The translations under genes and the position numbers were made by a program. A stretch of 57,987 nt of DNA, filler included, from Catajapyx aquilonaris (Eukaryota), in the NCBI GenBank assembly GCA_000934665.2. It is 2 parts of 2 records of this genome, joined end to end, with 100 filler letters (N's around TTAATTAATTAA, not from the genome) between each part and the next. Parts side by side here need not be neighbours in the genome. Positions count along the whole stretch, not along the records: positions 1 to 28,873 come from KZ539235.1; 1 more part is not named here. The stretch is one strand, 5' to 3'. The notes below the pieces were generated by a model. That model searched no databases. It was not told the DNA's origin and saw nothing but the letters and a program-made list of their open reading frames with translations. This document shows positions 14,181 to 26,029 of the stretch, piece by piece (position 1 is the first letter of the stretch; every line of letters begins with the position of its first letter).

Positions 14181-14468
14181 TTGGTCGTGTGATCATCATA
14201 TCCCACCAACGGCAACAGTGGGAGTCGGCACTGGCAAAGGTTGGATATGCCAAGTTTGTTAAAAGCTTGTGCATGTCGACATGAGGCATAGAAAAACTCA
14301 CTGTGAGCAGCGTGAATGGTCTGAGATGCCCAACCAAAAAAGATTCTGTGGCCAAAGCGCCATTACTGCCTCAGAAGGTGGCTGCCATATAATGTAAGGT
14401 GTTTCTTGCATTAGTTTCATTTTTGTGATACAGTGTCTCAGATACATTCTGTGTTTTTGCCAATAATA

Positions 14469-14652
14469 CAGGGTGACTGTAAAGTCTGGATACATAGGTA
14501 ATTGGATTGCATTGTTGGTTGCCAGTTGCGCCAACTTCAAGTGCCAACTCAAACTTTACTGACTGTCAATAATCTGCTAGTTGGCACAACTGGAAACCAG
14601 CAATACAATCCAGTTACCTATGTATCCAGACTTTAGACTTTTACAGTCATCA
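14469..14652. mobile_element. palindromic Tc1/mariner-like MITE
   Basis: TA-CAGGGTGACTGTAAAGTCTGGATACATAGGTAA start, mirrored by TTACCTATGTATCCAGACTTT...TTTACAGTCA. Confidence 0.6.
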
Positions 14653-14921
14653 TATACGGTATAAGGCCTCATTAATGAACATCAAACAACCCTGATAAAT
14701 TAATGTAGAGTATTAAAGAGGTGTGTTACAGGGCATTGTCTTGGTGCTTCAATTCAAAATGCATTGATATATATGCACTGCTTTGGTAACTGTTACATGG
14801 CAGGCCTGTGTTGCTCCCAACTTCCATCCAGGCTATAATTATGCAAAGCAGTAATTTGGGAGCATTTAAGAAGTACTGAAGTTGGTCAAGTTACATGGCA
14901 GGAATAACCTGCTGGATCAAA

Positions 14922-15226
14922 GGGGGAGGTGTGATGGCCGGGATGGCAACGTCTCAGCTTGCTGAGTGAAAGATCCCAGGTTCGATCCCCCCCCCCCTGG
15001 GAGTTCCCTTTCGCCTGCATCAGGAGGGTCTGGCAACCTAACCTCCTGGAGAACTGCATATGACCCGCTTACCGACATTGCGCCTGCACCCGTGCCCTCT
15101 CCCACAAAAAATCCTCATCCCTACCCCTTGTCCTTTCTTCCTTGCACCCGTGCTGAAGAAAAATAAGAAAAGGGTATTTACGGTGGTTAACCACCCCCCA
15201 ATAGAGCTCCATTCTCTCTCATGGGG
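14922..15226 (+). mobile_element. tRNA-derived SINE, family 1
   Basis: A/B boxes and same body as the copies at 10808 and 25651; 16-bp TSD TAACCTGCTGGATCAA (14905-14920, 15227-15242). Confidence 0.9.
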
Positions 15227-16042
15227 TAACCTGCTGGATCAACTGAAGAGAGAAACTCACTGTGCAGCTGAGTTTGGTGCATATTTGCGCAAGCTATACT
15301 TGATAGAGATGCTGCACCTTACTCTGCACTCCTTTCTGAACTGCTTTTAATGGGTGCCATGTAACACAACATCTCATAGGTCATTATTTGCCATACTGTA
15401 CTGCTGCCCGTGATGCTTCACAGCAATATGGTGCTGCACTCTATTACAAACATCTTATATATTTCATTGATTTTTTTTCTGAGGCTCTCAATAGACGAAT
15501 TCAAAAAGAAGAGAACTTACTGTAGATGCCAGTAAAATTCTGTCAAGAGTGAAGGCATGCAATAGGCATATCTCTAGTAAAATACTGGATTTGTGTGCAA
15601 GTCACTGAAAAAAAACCCTGGATTTTGTTTCTGTAATGTGTCTTTGTGATAATTTTGCTCCCAGCAAAAACCACCAGTTTCTAGCCTTCTATTACTACTG
15701 TCAAAAATCATTTGTGGAAAAACATCATGGAAAGCTAGGATACAATGCCATCATTTTACCAATTCAAGTGATCATGACCATATTCAATAACACACAGCCT
15801 CTGCTTTTCCGAGTACCAGCTTTCAGCAAGCCGGCTCTGTATCTGACACCAACCATCAGTCTTCCACCTCCGTCTTACTCGTGCGGAAAATGTGTCATTC
15901 TTAGTGCCGACAGAATGTCACCAATATTTGTTCTGAAATCCCACAACGATGAACTCATCAAGGTCCCCTACTTATACCCTGTCCCAGCGCCGAGTGACGC
16001 ATAATACTTTATTAACATTGCTGAAAGGGGAGTCCCCCCGAT

Positions 16043-16183
16043 GGTATCTCCACCTTATCGTGGTGGTGAGGTTTGCGCTTCTCCCATGACTCCAAGAGCT
16101 ATGCCGGCGGTAGCTTCGTCTACTGGTAGGGCCACTCAAGCCGGACAGGTCTTTGGGATTGGAGACAGACTAAGAGAGATACC
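16043..16183 (+). mobile_element. isolated RTE-clade 5'-UTR structured module
   Basis: CACCTTATCGTGGTG...GAGCTATGCCG...GGTAGGGCCACTCAAGCCGGACAGGTC...AGACTAAG resembles the conserved 5' region of RTE/BovB-type LINEs; closed by the stem GGTATCTC/GAGATACC; no RTE ORF follows. Confidence 0.65.
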
Positions 16184-16416
16184 AGTCTTTCCTCTCTTAT
16201 TTTTCCTCTTCGTTTCTCTCTCCATCTGTCCCACCTTTGAATCTTCTATAGCCAGCATGGCAGATCGATCCAAGTCGCCCAAAGACGCCATCTTTGCTTT
16301 GGGCGACAGGCACAATCCCCTATCAGAAACGGGCATCGCTTTTTCTTAGCAGTTATGTATCTAGTGTTATATATAGCAGATATATTTGGGTGGAAGTAGC
16401 GACAGAGATGTGTAGC
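16181..16416. repeat. ~236-bp direct repeat, copy 1 (copy 2 = 18250-18272 + 19829-19857 + 23147-23330)
   Basis: Near-identical sequence is restored once the two hAT insertions are removed from copy 2. Confidence 0.9.
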
Positions 16417-18046
16417 TGTGTCCACAAGGTCCTGGCCTTCGCGGACGATATTACCATCATCGCAGACTCACCCCAGGAGCTTCAGGCCCAGATGGAGACG
16501 GTAGGTAGCGAAGGAGGCGGCCCGGGTTTCCATCTATGTCAACCCGGGCAAGACTGCCACTATCCACCTGTGTGGCAGAATCCCAGTTGGGACAAAGCCG
16601 ACCGCCTTTACTTTGGAAGGATATCAGGTCAGATGTCTCAGGGACGGGGAATCCACAAATTTCTTGGGGAAGCCCGTGGGCTTTCAGGTTGTCCCTCCGT
16701 ACGCCAAGATAGAAGAATTTATCTTGATAGGTCGGAAAATTCTTACCTCTGAACTGGCACCGTGGCAGAGGCTCGATGCAATACGAACTTTTGTGTATCC
16801 AGCTATGGTATACCCCATGCGCATGGGCCTGCATCCGAAGACTTCATGGGCCGAGTAGGACCGGGAGTTACGCCCACTAATCAAGAAGACCCTGTTTCTC
16901 CCAACCAGATCCGCCAATGAGTACTTGTATGGCTCGCGCCGGGCTCGTGCGTGTGGGATCCCTGTTACTGCGGAGGAGTCGGATCTCTTCATCATTGATT
17001 CCGCATTCAAACTGCTAACCTCCCCGGACGACGAGGTGGCCCACACTGCTTTTGATAACCTGACGACAACAGTGTGTGGCCGTCTTGGTAAGGGGAAGAG
17101 CGATCTGGATGTTGCGGAGTTTCTGTCGGGGAGAAACGACGGGCCGTACAGGTTGGACACCAATCGAAGGTTCAACATGTGGACCTCGGCGAGGGTGGCT
17201 TCAACCAGGAGCCAGGTGAAGTGGTCCTTCTTGAACGGGGTCCCTGCCTTGGCTCGGGGAGAGGCCAAGGTCATACCGAGGATGAGGAAGAAGGTGGTGG
17301 CAACTTTGAGGAGGGTGGCCCAGCAGCAGAAGATCCAGCCGCTGGAAGACCTGCCTAGCCAAGGGAAGGTGATGCAGTGCGTCACTCTTGACTCCAGCTC
17401 CTGCCACTTCATTGCTGAAGGGAAATTCACAAGATTCGCTGACTGGCGGTTCATTCATCGAGCCCGCCTAGGGGTTGTTCCCCTTCGCGGTGCTCAGGCG
17501 TGGACTGATCAGTCGGATGACAAAAATGCAGGAGATGTGGCGGCTCAATTGAAACCCTGCCGCACGTGGTTTGCCACTGCAATGCCCATCTCTGAAGCTT
17601 ACCGGCGACGACATGATGCGATTTTGGAGAGTTTGAAGAAGGCGGATGGCTACAAGCACTCCACCATGTCTTGTAACCAGACTGTGATTCCTGGTTCCCC
17701 CTTGCGGCCAGACCTGGTCATCTCCCAGGGTGCTGATATTCTGATGATCCTTGATGTCACTACTTCATTCGAGAACCGTCCGGACGCGTTGGCGGAGGCC
17801 CGAAGGCTGAAGGAAGTGAAGTATGCGGCCATTGCTGACCATTATCGGCCCAACTTCAGGAGGGTCACAGTAGATGCTATTGTAGTTGGGGCCTTGGGAA
17901 GCTGGGACCCAGCTAATGATCGGGTAATGAGAAGGCTCTGCGGCAGATCATATCTGAAGCTGTTGAAGAAGTTGTGTGTCAGCGACTGCCTGCGGTGGTC
18001 ACGCGATGTCTACATCGAGCACATCACTGGTCCATGGGTGTCATAA
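16417..18046 (+). mobile_element. 5'-truncated, degenerate RLE non-LTR retrotransposon (Utopia/NeSL-like): RT C-terminal part, CCHC finger, restriction-like endonuclease
   Basis: LAFADD (RT), FADWRFIHRARL, CCHC finger KCRRCGGSIETLPHVVCHC in a shifted frame, RRRHDAI, LRPDLV, DVTTSFEN, KEVKY, VGALGSWDP, LCVSD...WSRDVYIEHITG; frameshifts and an in-frame TAG at 16856. Confidence 0.9.
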
Positions 18047-18272
18047 TGTCTTCTGTTTGTGTTATTACAGCTGCGAACCAATTTTTTAAATATGGCATAG
18101 TGTTTTGCTGGGATTACATAAAAACTGTAAACAATGTTTTTAAAACATAATTCAACATGCCACATATAGACACACAATCATTGTTTACAGTTTTTATGTC
18201 ATTATGACCATCAGCATTTGAGATATTCAAGTCACAGACATAAATAAAAACCAGTTTTTCCTCTCTTCTTTT

Positions 18273-19820
18273 CAGGGTTGTGAACCGAACCGAACCCTTG
18301 CTCAGTGAACCCGATAACAGCGAACCCGCTCCGGAGCAGTAGAGTCGGCCGGAGCGAGCGTCGGAACGGGGTTCGGGTTCAAGCCGGTTCAGGGGAAGAG
18401 TGGAGCGAAGGTCGGAGCTGGTTCGGAGCGAACGGCTCCGGAGTTGAACCCGGTTCAGGAGCGGGGTTCGGAGCGGTTCAAAGCTTGGTTAGGTACAACA
18501 TACCAACCCAACAGGGGGAAAGGAAGTAAAACCGATGGATTTACTCCAGTGTATGCATCATGTTTTCATGGTGGGAGAATGACATTTCCAAGCACCCGCG
18601 ATACAGGGTGTACCGCAAATGTCACATTTTCATGTCATGCGCATTTTTGTATGTTACAATATGCCATGCGCATTTTTGTATACCACAATATCTCATACCC
18701 ATTTTTTGGATGTCACATTCTCATGTCATACGCATTTTTGTATGCTACAATAATTATGTTATACGCATTTTTTATTTTTTATTTTAATTTTTAATTTTTT
18801 ACGTTACCCCGTGATAGGGCCATAGGCCCTTATAGGTGGGTGGAATACCACCATTTTTCCTTCAATTTTCTGCTTTCTTCTAACTCCGGTGCAAGGATGA
18901 AAGGACATGGGGGTAAGGATAGGGATTTTGTCATACGCATTTTTGTATGACACTACAATATGTCATACGCATTTTTGTATGCTACAATATCATATTATTG
19001 TAACATACAAAAAATGCGTAGGCTATGGGATATTGAGGCATTCAAAAATGCGTATGACATATTGTAACATACAAAAATGCGTATGACAAAATTCCTATCC
19101 TTACCCCACGTCCTTTCATCCTTGCACCGGAGTTAGAAGAAAAAGCAGAAAATTGAAGGAAAAATCGTGGTATTGCACCCACCTATAAGGGCCTATGGCC
19201 CTATCACGGGGTAACGTAAAAAATTAAAAATTAAAATAAAAAATAAAAAATGCGTATAACATATTGTAGCATACAAAAATGCGTATGACATGAGAATGTG
19301 ACATCAAAAAAATGGGTATGAGATATTGTGGCATACAAAAATGCGCATGACATATTGTAACATACGAAAATGCGCATGACATGAAAATGTGACATTTGCG
19401 GTACACCCTGTATCGCGGGTGCTTAGAAATGTCATTCTCCCACCATGAAAACATGATGCATACACTGGAGTAAATCCATCGGTTTTACTTCCTTTCTCCC
19501 TGTTGGAAGCTTTGAACCGCTCCGAACCCGCTCCGGAGCCCACTCCGAACCCCGCTCCTGAACCGGGTTCAACTCCGGAGCCGTTCGCTCCGAACCAGCT
19601 CCGACCTTCGCTCCACTCAACTCCGGAACCGGCTTGAACCCGAACCCCGTTCCGGCGCTCGCTCCGGACTCGCTCCGACCTTCGCTCCACTCAACTCCGG
19701 AACCGGCTTGAACCCGAACCCCGTTCCGACGCTCGCTCCGGACTCCGACTCTACTGCTCCGGAGCGGGTTCGCTGTTATCGAGTTCACGGAGCAAGGGTT
19801 TGGTTCGGTTCACAACCCTG
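18273..19820. mobile_element. 1.55-kb fold-back hAT-type element
   Basis: TIR CAGGGTTGTGAACCGAACC; exact 8-bp TSD CTTCTTTT; almost entirely palindromic; ~24-bp internal tandem repeats (TCATACGCATTTTTGTATG). Confidence 0.9.
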
Positions 19821-20593
19821 CTTCTTTTTCCTCTTCGTTTCTCTCTCCATCTGTCCCCAGCGGCGGATTTCCCATTAGGCACAATAGGCACTGGCCTATA
19901 GGGGCGGCTGCGAGTTGCAATAAATAATATTTCTCTTATACAATAATAAGAAATGATGGCGAGATCACAAAGAAAAGCAAATTGTTGACAGCTAGATTTG
20001 CCACTACATGCAGAAAAGGTAATTGCCAAAGGGCGGCCGCCCTCTGGGCGGCCATAACTTTCTATGTAATACTTCAAAAATAAAATAACATTAAATCAGC
20101 GGTTCTCAAACTGTGGAGCGCGCCAGAGGGGGGGGGGGAATCCAAAAATTATGTGACTCGAAACAGAAAAAAAGTCGCACTGATTAGTAAGAACTAGGGG
20201 AGACCGGGGCACAGTGGACCACTTTTGCACATTTGAATTTTTATATACCTACCTGTTATACCTACACCCAATATTTTCAGGCATGGTGGAGATACTCCTT
20301 GGTAATATAAGTCACTACTACATTCACAGGAAGTGCCATCCTTTTGGCTTTAAAAAAAATTAGAAGCGACCCCCTGCAAATGGTCCACTGTACCCCGATA
20401 GGTGGGGCGCAGTGGTCCGAAAGTGATTGGGACCCCTTATTCACACAAGAAGTTTATTATCATTGCCTAACATTTTTTTTACAGCTGTTCATTTTGAGGA
20501 CTGTGTCAACATCACAGTTTTGCCCCTTTTTTTCTACCTAATTCACATTTTTAAAATCATTGTCTCACTTTTTTTTTTTTTTTTTTACAGCTG

Positions 20594-21529
20594 TTACACA
20601 TCTTCAATTGGGATGAGGAGCCAACGAGGAGTGGCTTGACGATTTTTACGGACGGTTCGGTCGCTAAATATGGGAGAGCCGGAGGAGCCGTAGTGAGCTG
20701 CAATGAGGCTGGGAACATTTCTTTCTTGGAGAACATCCCTTACGTGGTTGGAGCAGATATCTTTCAAGTAGAACTTGCAACCATCCTGAGGGCCTTAGAA
20801 CTGGTGGCAGAACTGACCTCCGACACGACTGAACCGGTGCTAGTGGTGTCAGACTGTCTGTCGGCCCTTTATGCCATTTCTAATCCCGGAAATACGTGGC
20901 CCCTGGCAGTTAGGGCTCGTGACCTGCTAAGGAGTTCCCGGACGGAAGTTCGCCTCTGCTGGGTGAGGGGCCACTCCGGTACGCCAGGCAACGAGATTGC
21001 GGACAGGGAAGCCAGGAGAGCATCGGAGATTACTACCGGACGACAATTATTTCTCCCTGAAACGGCGGGGACTATGCAGGGTCGGATCTGGAGGGATACT
21101 TTGATCGGCTGGCAGGAGGCTTGGACGGCTCTGAAGGACAGGTGGTACCAGGGCTTCTTACCAGTTGTCTCGACATCCCGTCACCTTCATGGCCACATAG
21201 CCCACCTCGTTTCTGGCCATGGCCCGTACAGGGTCTACCTAGCTAGGTTCGGACTCCTTTCTGAAGAGGAACAAGTTTGGGGTGAACTTTGCCCGTGCGG
21301 TGATGGAGCTCAGGATGCGGCACATATCCTTCGTAATTGTACCATGCCAGAGATTCAGAGGGCCAGGGGGGAATTGATGAGGTCGTCAATCTCTGTGGGC
21401 CTGGGTTGGCCATGTTCAAAGAGCGCTTTGGTGACACAATTGTTTGGCCCTTTTAATGACTTTTGCCTTCGGGTTGAAGCTGTATTGAAGGAAGAAAATT
21501 CATGGCGGTCCTAACCTCCGACCTGATGA

Positions 21530-21593
<64 letters not shown>

Positions 21594-21630
21594 CCCGTGA
21601 TGACCTGATGATGATGACCTGATGATGACC
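20594..21630 (+). mobile_element. 3' end of an APE-type LINE (R1/LOA/I-group-like): RNase H plus zinc knuckle, (GAT)n tail
   Basis: IFTDGS, FQVEL..I..AL, VSDCLSAL, WVRGHSGTPGNEIAD (RNase H); SGHGPYRVYLARFG and CPCG...H...C; stop at 21514 followed by (GAT)n. Confidence 0.85.
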
Positions 21631-21721
21631 AGCTCTCGTTTACCAATGTTTAAATTTTGTTGATTTGTGCATTGCTGTATGCTATTGTGTATTGTTTGCT
21701 ATAGTGTGGGCTTGAGAACTT

Positions 21722-22260
21722 ACAAGGGAAGTGTCTGTAGGGCCATCGGCCAATAGGCCCGAAAATGACACTAGGGGTAAATCGCAGGCCAGAAATTCAT
21801 TGGTGAAAGTAAAAAGTCGCATTAGCCAAGCGTTTTCGAGATATGGGCGACTATAGGTGCCCGGCAAACCTGCTCGGTGACAATGGGGCGCATTCGGCAG
21901 AAGAAATTATAAGCCGTCTTCGTGGCTCAGTCGGTAGCGCGTCCGCGTCATGATCCGAAGTCTCCGCGTTCAAGTCCGCGGGAAGNGTTCCCCCCCCTCC
22001 CTCTCTCGTCTCGGAGCATCGGTTTCTTTTTCTTTCTTCCCCAACACCGTTTATCACCGCATATCTTCCCTTTTGCAATCAACAGGAATAAATAAACAGC
22101 TTGCTGGGAAGTGCATTACTTTTTTTTTTCTTCTGCCGATGCTCGAAAACGCTTGGCTAATGCGACTTTTTACTTTCACCAATGAATTTCTGGCCTGCGA
22201 TTTACCCCTAGTGTCATTTTCGGGCCGATTGGCCGATGGCCCTACAGACACTTCCCTTGT
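21722..22260. mobile_element. unclassified element with ~119-bp TIRs enclosing a tRNA-like sequence
   Basis: 21722-21840 is the reverse complement of 22142-22260; interior ~21915-21987 has an A box (TGGCTCAGTCGG), a CAT loop and a B box (GTTCAAGTCC). Confidence 0.75.
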
Positions 22261-23852
22261 TAATGTTGGTAAGCCCAATAAACACCTTAAATGTGCCCCG
22301 CAAACGACTGGACCCCTGTGCCCCGGACAGCAGCAACTGACATAATGCTATGATTGTAACTTCGATTGCAGGTTAGGCTTACCAAACTTCCGGTATTCAT
22401 GGACAAAGGGCGGCACTATTCCACAACATTTTAAAATCAGGCTCATGCCCAACATCGACGCCTGAAGTGGCATTTAAACTATGGGTTAGTAATTTACTTC
22501 ACTTATCTTCAAATCGATTTCGCTGGATATCTATCGATCGATCGATCGCTAGCCGTTGCCAGCCATGTTGGCAGGAGCATGGCAGTGACTTGTTTCACGA
22601 GGTACCAGAAGAAAAAAAATTTGGCGGCTTTTTCGATTTTTAAAATGGAAAGGTCCACTGTGCCCCGTGGTCCACTGTGCCCCAGTCTCCCCTACTTCTC
22701 AGGGGTTACTGTAGCGTACAGTTCTACACAATTTGTGCAGTTCTAAAAGCCAAATGTGCAGTTCTGAATAAGGATTTGTACAGTCAGATAATAGCAGACT
22801 GGTATGTTATATCCGGATTCAACTGTGCTTGGACATTGGCACTGCTGGAAATATGAAGGGACCGATCTTTCTACTTGCTTATATCCGATGTGCTTACAGT
22901 ATAGGATTCCACTGTACTTTGTCAGTTATTACATTCACCTGAGATTGTGTGACCTTGAACAAAAACATTTTCGCCGGCGGCGGGCTTCTTCGGTTTGGAG
23001 GAGAGGTGGGGGNNNNNNNNNNNNNNNNNNNNNNNNNNNNNNNNNNNNNNNNNNNNNNNNNNNNNNNNNNNNNNNNNNNNNNNNNNNNNNNNNNNNNNNN
23101 NNNNNNNNNNNGGGGGGGGGGGGGTAAATCCGGCGCTGTCTGTCCCACCTTTGAATCTTCTATAGCCAGCACGGCAGATCGATCCAAGTCGCCCAAAGCC
23201 GCCATCTTTGCTTTGGGCGACAGGCACAATCCCCTAGCAGAAACGGGCATGACTTTTTCTTAGCAGTTATGTATCTAGTGTTATATATAGGAGATATATT
23301 TGGGTGGAAGTAGCGACAGAGATGTGTAGCGATGTGACAATCTCACGTGACTACTGCAGTACTGCCACCATCTGGCGTTGATGTTGCAAAGTCACCTCTA
23401 ATGTGAATACCAACCGCTAGATGGTATGGGAAGGCGCGAAATCACCCCTAACGTTAATACCTACCGATAGATGGTGGGGCAATGGCGAACAGAGGGGTGG
23501 ACTCACACACACATATAAATTCCTGCGCCCCATAGGCTGTGGGGGCAAGAAAAACACACATTTTCAAAGCGAGTGTAAACTGATCTAATCTAACCTAACC
23601 TAACCTACCCTACCCTACCTATCCTAGGCTGAGAAAAATGGACTTTTGCAAAACCCTACATGACGGAATTGTGGGGACATGTCCTCACTGAAGCAGTATC
23701 CCACCATGCGTTTTTGCTGTGGGGACGCGAAATGTCCCCACAATTTGGAGCATGTCCCCAGAGCTACAGTCAAAACACCAACCTTAGTCCCCAGACCCTG
23801 TGCGAGACCTGAACCCATCCGCTCACAGACAACCGTCACAGTGAAGCTAATA

Positions 23853-24153
23853 ATAATAATTTGTACCCCGTGCTAGAGCCATGGGCTCTCTTAGGGGGGT
23901 TGGGATACCACCATATTTTTTTCTGTCTGGAACTCTTGCTTGCATTTTTACTTTTTCCTTATTGGGGATGGGATAGGGACGGAAGGAAGCGGTTGTGGCC
24001 TATAATTACGGACACGACCCCGGAATTGTCCTGGTGGGACCATGGAAAACCACATAAAACCACGGTCAGGGTCGGCGGCCCCCGGGGTTCGAAGCCTGGA
24101 CCTCCAGATTAGCAGTCGGATACCATATCCCCTCCGCTACCACTGCTTCGGTG
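23853..24153 (-). mobile_element. tRNA-derived SINE, family 2
   Basis: Minus-strand head GTGGTAGCGGAGGG...GGCTTCGAACCCC; 3' tail like family 1 (GCACGGGGTA); TSD AGTGAAGCTAATA. Confidence 0.85.
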
Positions 24154-25650
24154 AGTGAAGCTAATATAAAGCGTGTAATAATAAAAAAGAAACCTTTCCT
24201 CGGGAGACTTGAAATTTAATACTCCAGTTTTTACAAGATAGTATTCAATACGTTCATGAAAAACTCATGCGTGATTGGCAACTTGTCCCCGGTCTTTGGG
24301 CAGACGAGGTTTCCACTTACAACGTAAATCTCCATTAGTGTATGGTGGACATCCATCAGGAAGCACACATCGTCCTGGTAATCAGCCGGGATGTTGAGCG
24401 GTAGATGGAGCCCTAGCTGAAAGCAGTATTGTACACATCAATTTTTGTCCTCATAACTGCAAGTAGATAAATTTATTTCACAATTCCATTAACAATAATT
24501 GTTCAGCCCTTACTTTTGGCTCACTCTTGTATACTCGGAATACGTCAGAAAAGTGACCTGCTCCAAATGACTCTGAGACCCCTTTTTTGGTGTGCAGAGG
24601 TAAACTCGCGAGATTCCTACTGATCGTCTTCAAATTTTGTGGGTAGATACTGTAGGCCACACCAAGGGATGAAAGACACAACTAGAGTGACCTGCCCCAA
24701 ATGATCCTATGACCACTTTTTAGGTGTGCAGAGGCTTGTGACAGGTTTCACACCATCCTACAATGTTGCCAAAATAGGCCTCGCCATGCCTTTCGTTTTG
24801 GTAGTCAGCACATTCTGGGTATAAACTGCTAGATATTTTTCAAACATTTCACGATATTTCATGGCTACTGGTGCGTCAGGTCATGATTTCCCATTAAATT
24901 TAGTTGAAGACGCCGTCAAAAATGGGAATTTGGAGTTTCAGGAATTTCACGAGTTGACCTCTGCCCCCCTCAAAATATGGTCACATGGTCATTTTGAGCA
25001 GGTAATTTTAGGTGCGCTTTTCATCCCTTGCACCAATGCATCGAATTTCAAGAAAATCGGCGAGTTTTCTGAAATTACCAGTTGACCTCTGCCCCCCAAA
25101 AGGGGTCACAGGGTCATTTTCAGAAGGTCACTTTAGGTACGTTTTTCATCCCTTAGCGTGGGCTACCAATGCACCAAATTTCATGAAAATCCGCGAGTGG
25201 CACTTGGAAAGTGTCCATTGTGAGTGGATTTCACGCACTGTATAAAGGAGGTCCACAATTGAAGGCAATTGTTTGTCCCATGTATACATCGATGTACATG
25301 GGACAAATAAGTGCCTTCAATTGTGCACCCCCTTTACTCAGTGAATTCCTCTCAGCATATTCGCTTATCAATATCCCGAGGAGATTGGAAATTGACATCC
25401 ATGGGATATCCGGAGCAGACCTTCCATGGATGTTGGCGCAAGACTTTCAGAGGAACTCTCGTTCCGAGACATCGTATAGACCCAAGGATATCCCAGTGAT
25501 GTAACGGGCGTGTTCTTGGATATCCACAGGAGCTTGACTTTTTCTCCCGATTTATCCCATGGTTGCCATGGATGTCCATTGGATGACCTTGTGCTACTAG
25601 GGTATTCTCGGATATTACTGTACGTATAATGAATAATATATGAGGCATTC

Positions 25651-26023
25651 GGGGAGGTGTGGTGGCCGTGATGGTAACGTCTCGGCTTGCTGTGTGAAAG
25701 GCCCCAGGTTCGATCCCCGCCTGGGGAACTTTCCTTTCACCTGCGTCAGGAGGGTCTCTGACCTGCACCAAGGAGGTGTCTGGCAACCTAACCTCCTGGG
25801 GAACAGCACATGACCCCTTTACAGATCTTGCACTTGCACCTATGTTCCCTCCCCAAAAATCCCTACCCCTACCCTACATCCTTGTCTCCTTGCACCGGTG
25901 TATGAAGTTAATTCAGAAAATGGAGTGAAATGGTGGTATTCCACCCCCCTAAAAAGGCTCAGCCTTATGACGGGGTAACGTAAAATATATATACTATAAT
26001 AATATATAATAATATATATATAT
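25651..26023 (+). mobile_element. tRNA-derived SINE, family 1
   Basis: Same head, body and tail as the other copies; TSD ATATATGAGGCATTC (25636-25650, 26024-26038) duplicates the terminus of the Sola-like element. Confidence 0.9.
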
Positions 26024-26029
26024 ATATAT

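Larger units (their letters stand above)
20197..22692. mobile_element. TA-target DNA transposon derivative, related to 6248-7398
   Basis: TIRs GGGGAGAC(C/T)GGGGCACAGTGGACCA with TA flanks. Confidence 0.8.
19858..23138. mobile_element. hAT-type non-autonomous element with nested insertions
   Basis: TIRs CAGCGGCGGATTT / AAATCCGGCGCTG; exact 8-bp TSD TCTGTCCC; spans an assembly gap. Confidence 0.85.

Noticed and set aside
16684..17454. Long antisense or alternative-frame ORFs (also 52966-53688, 55808-56335, 56247-56831, 47001-47564)
   Set aside because: Shadows of GC-rich coding sequence with no recognisable motifs
22804..23263. ORFs spanning the N-run
   Set aside because: Artefacts of translating through an assembly gap
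23585..23622. (TAACC)n telomere-like repeat
   Set aside because: Only a few degenerate units, embedded in repeat-derived sequence
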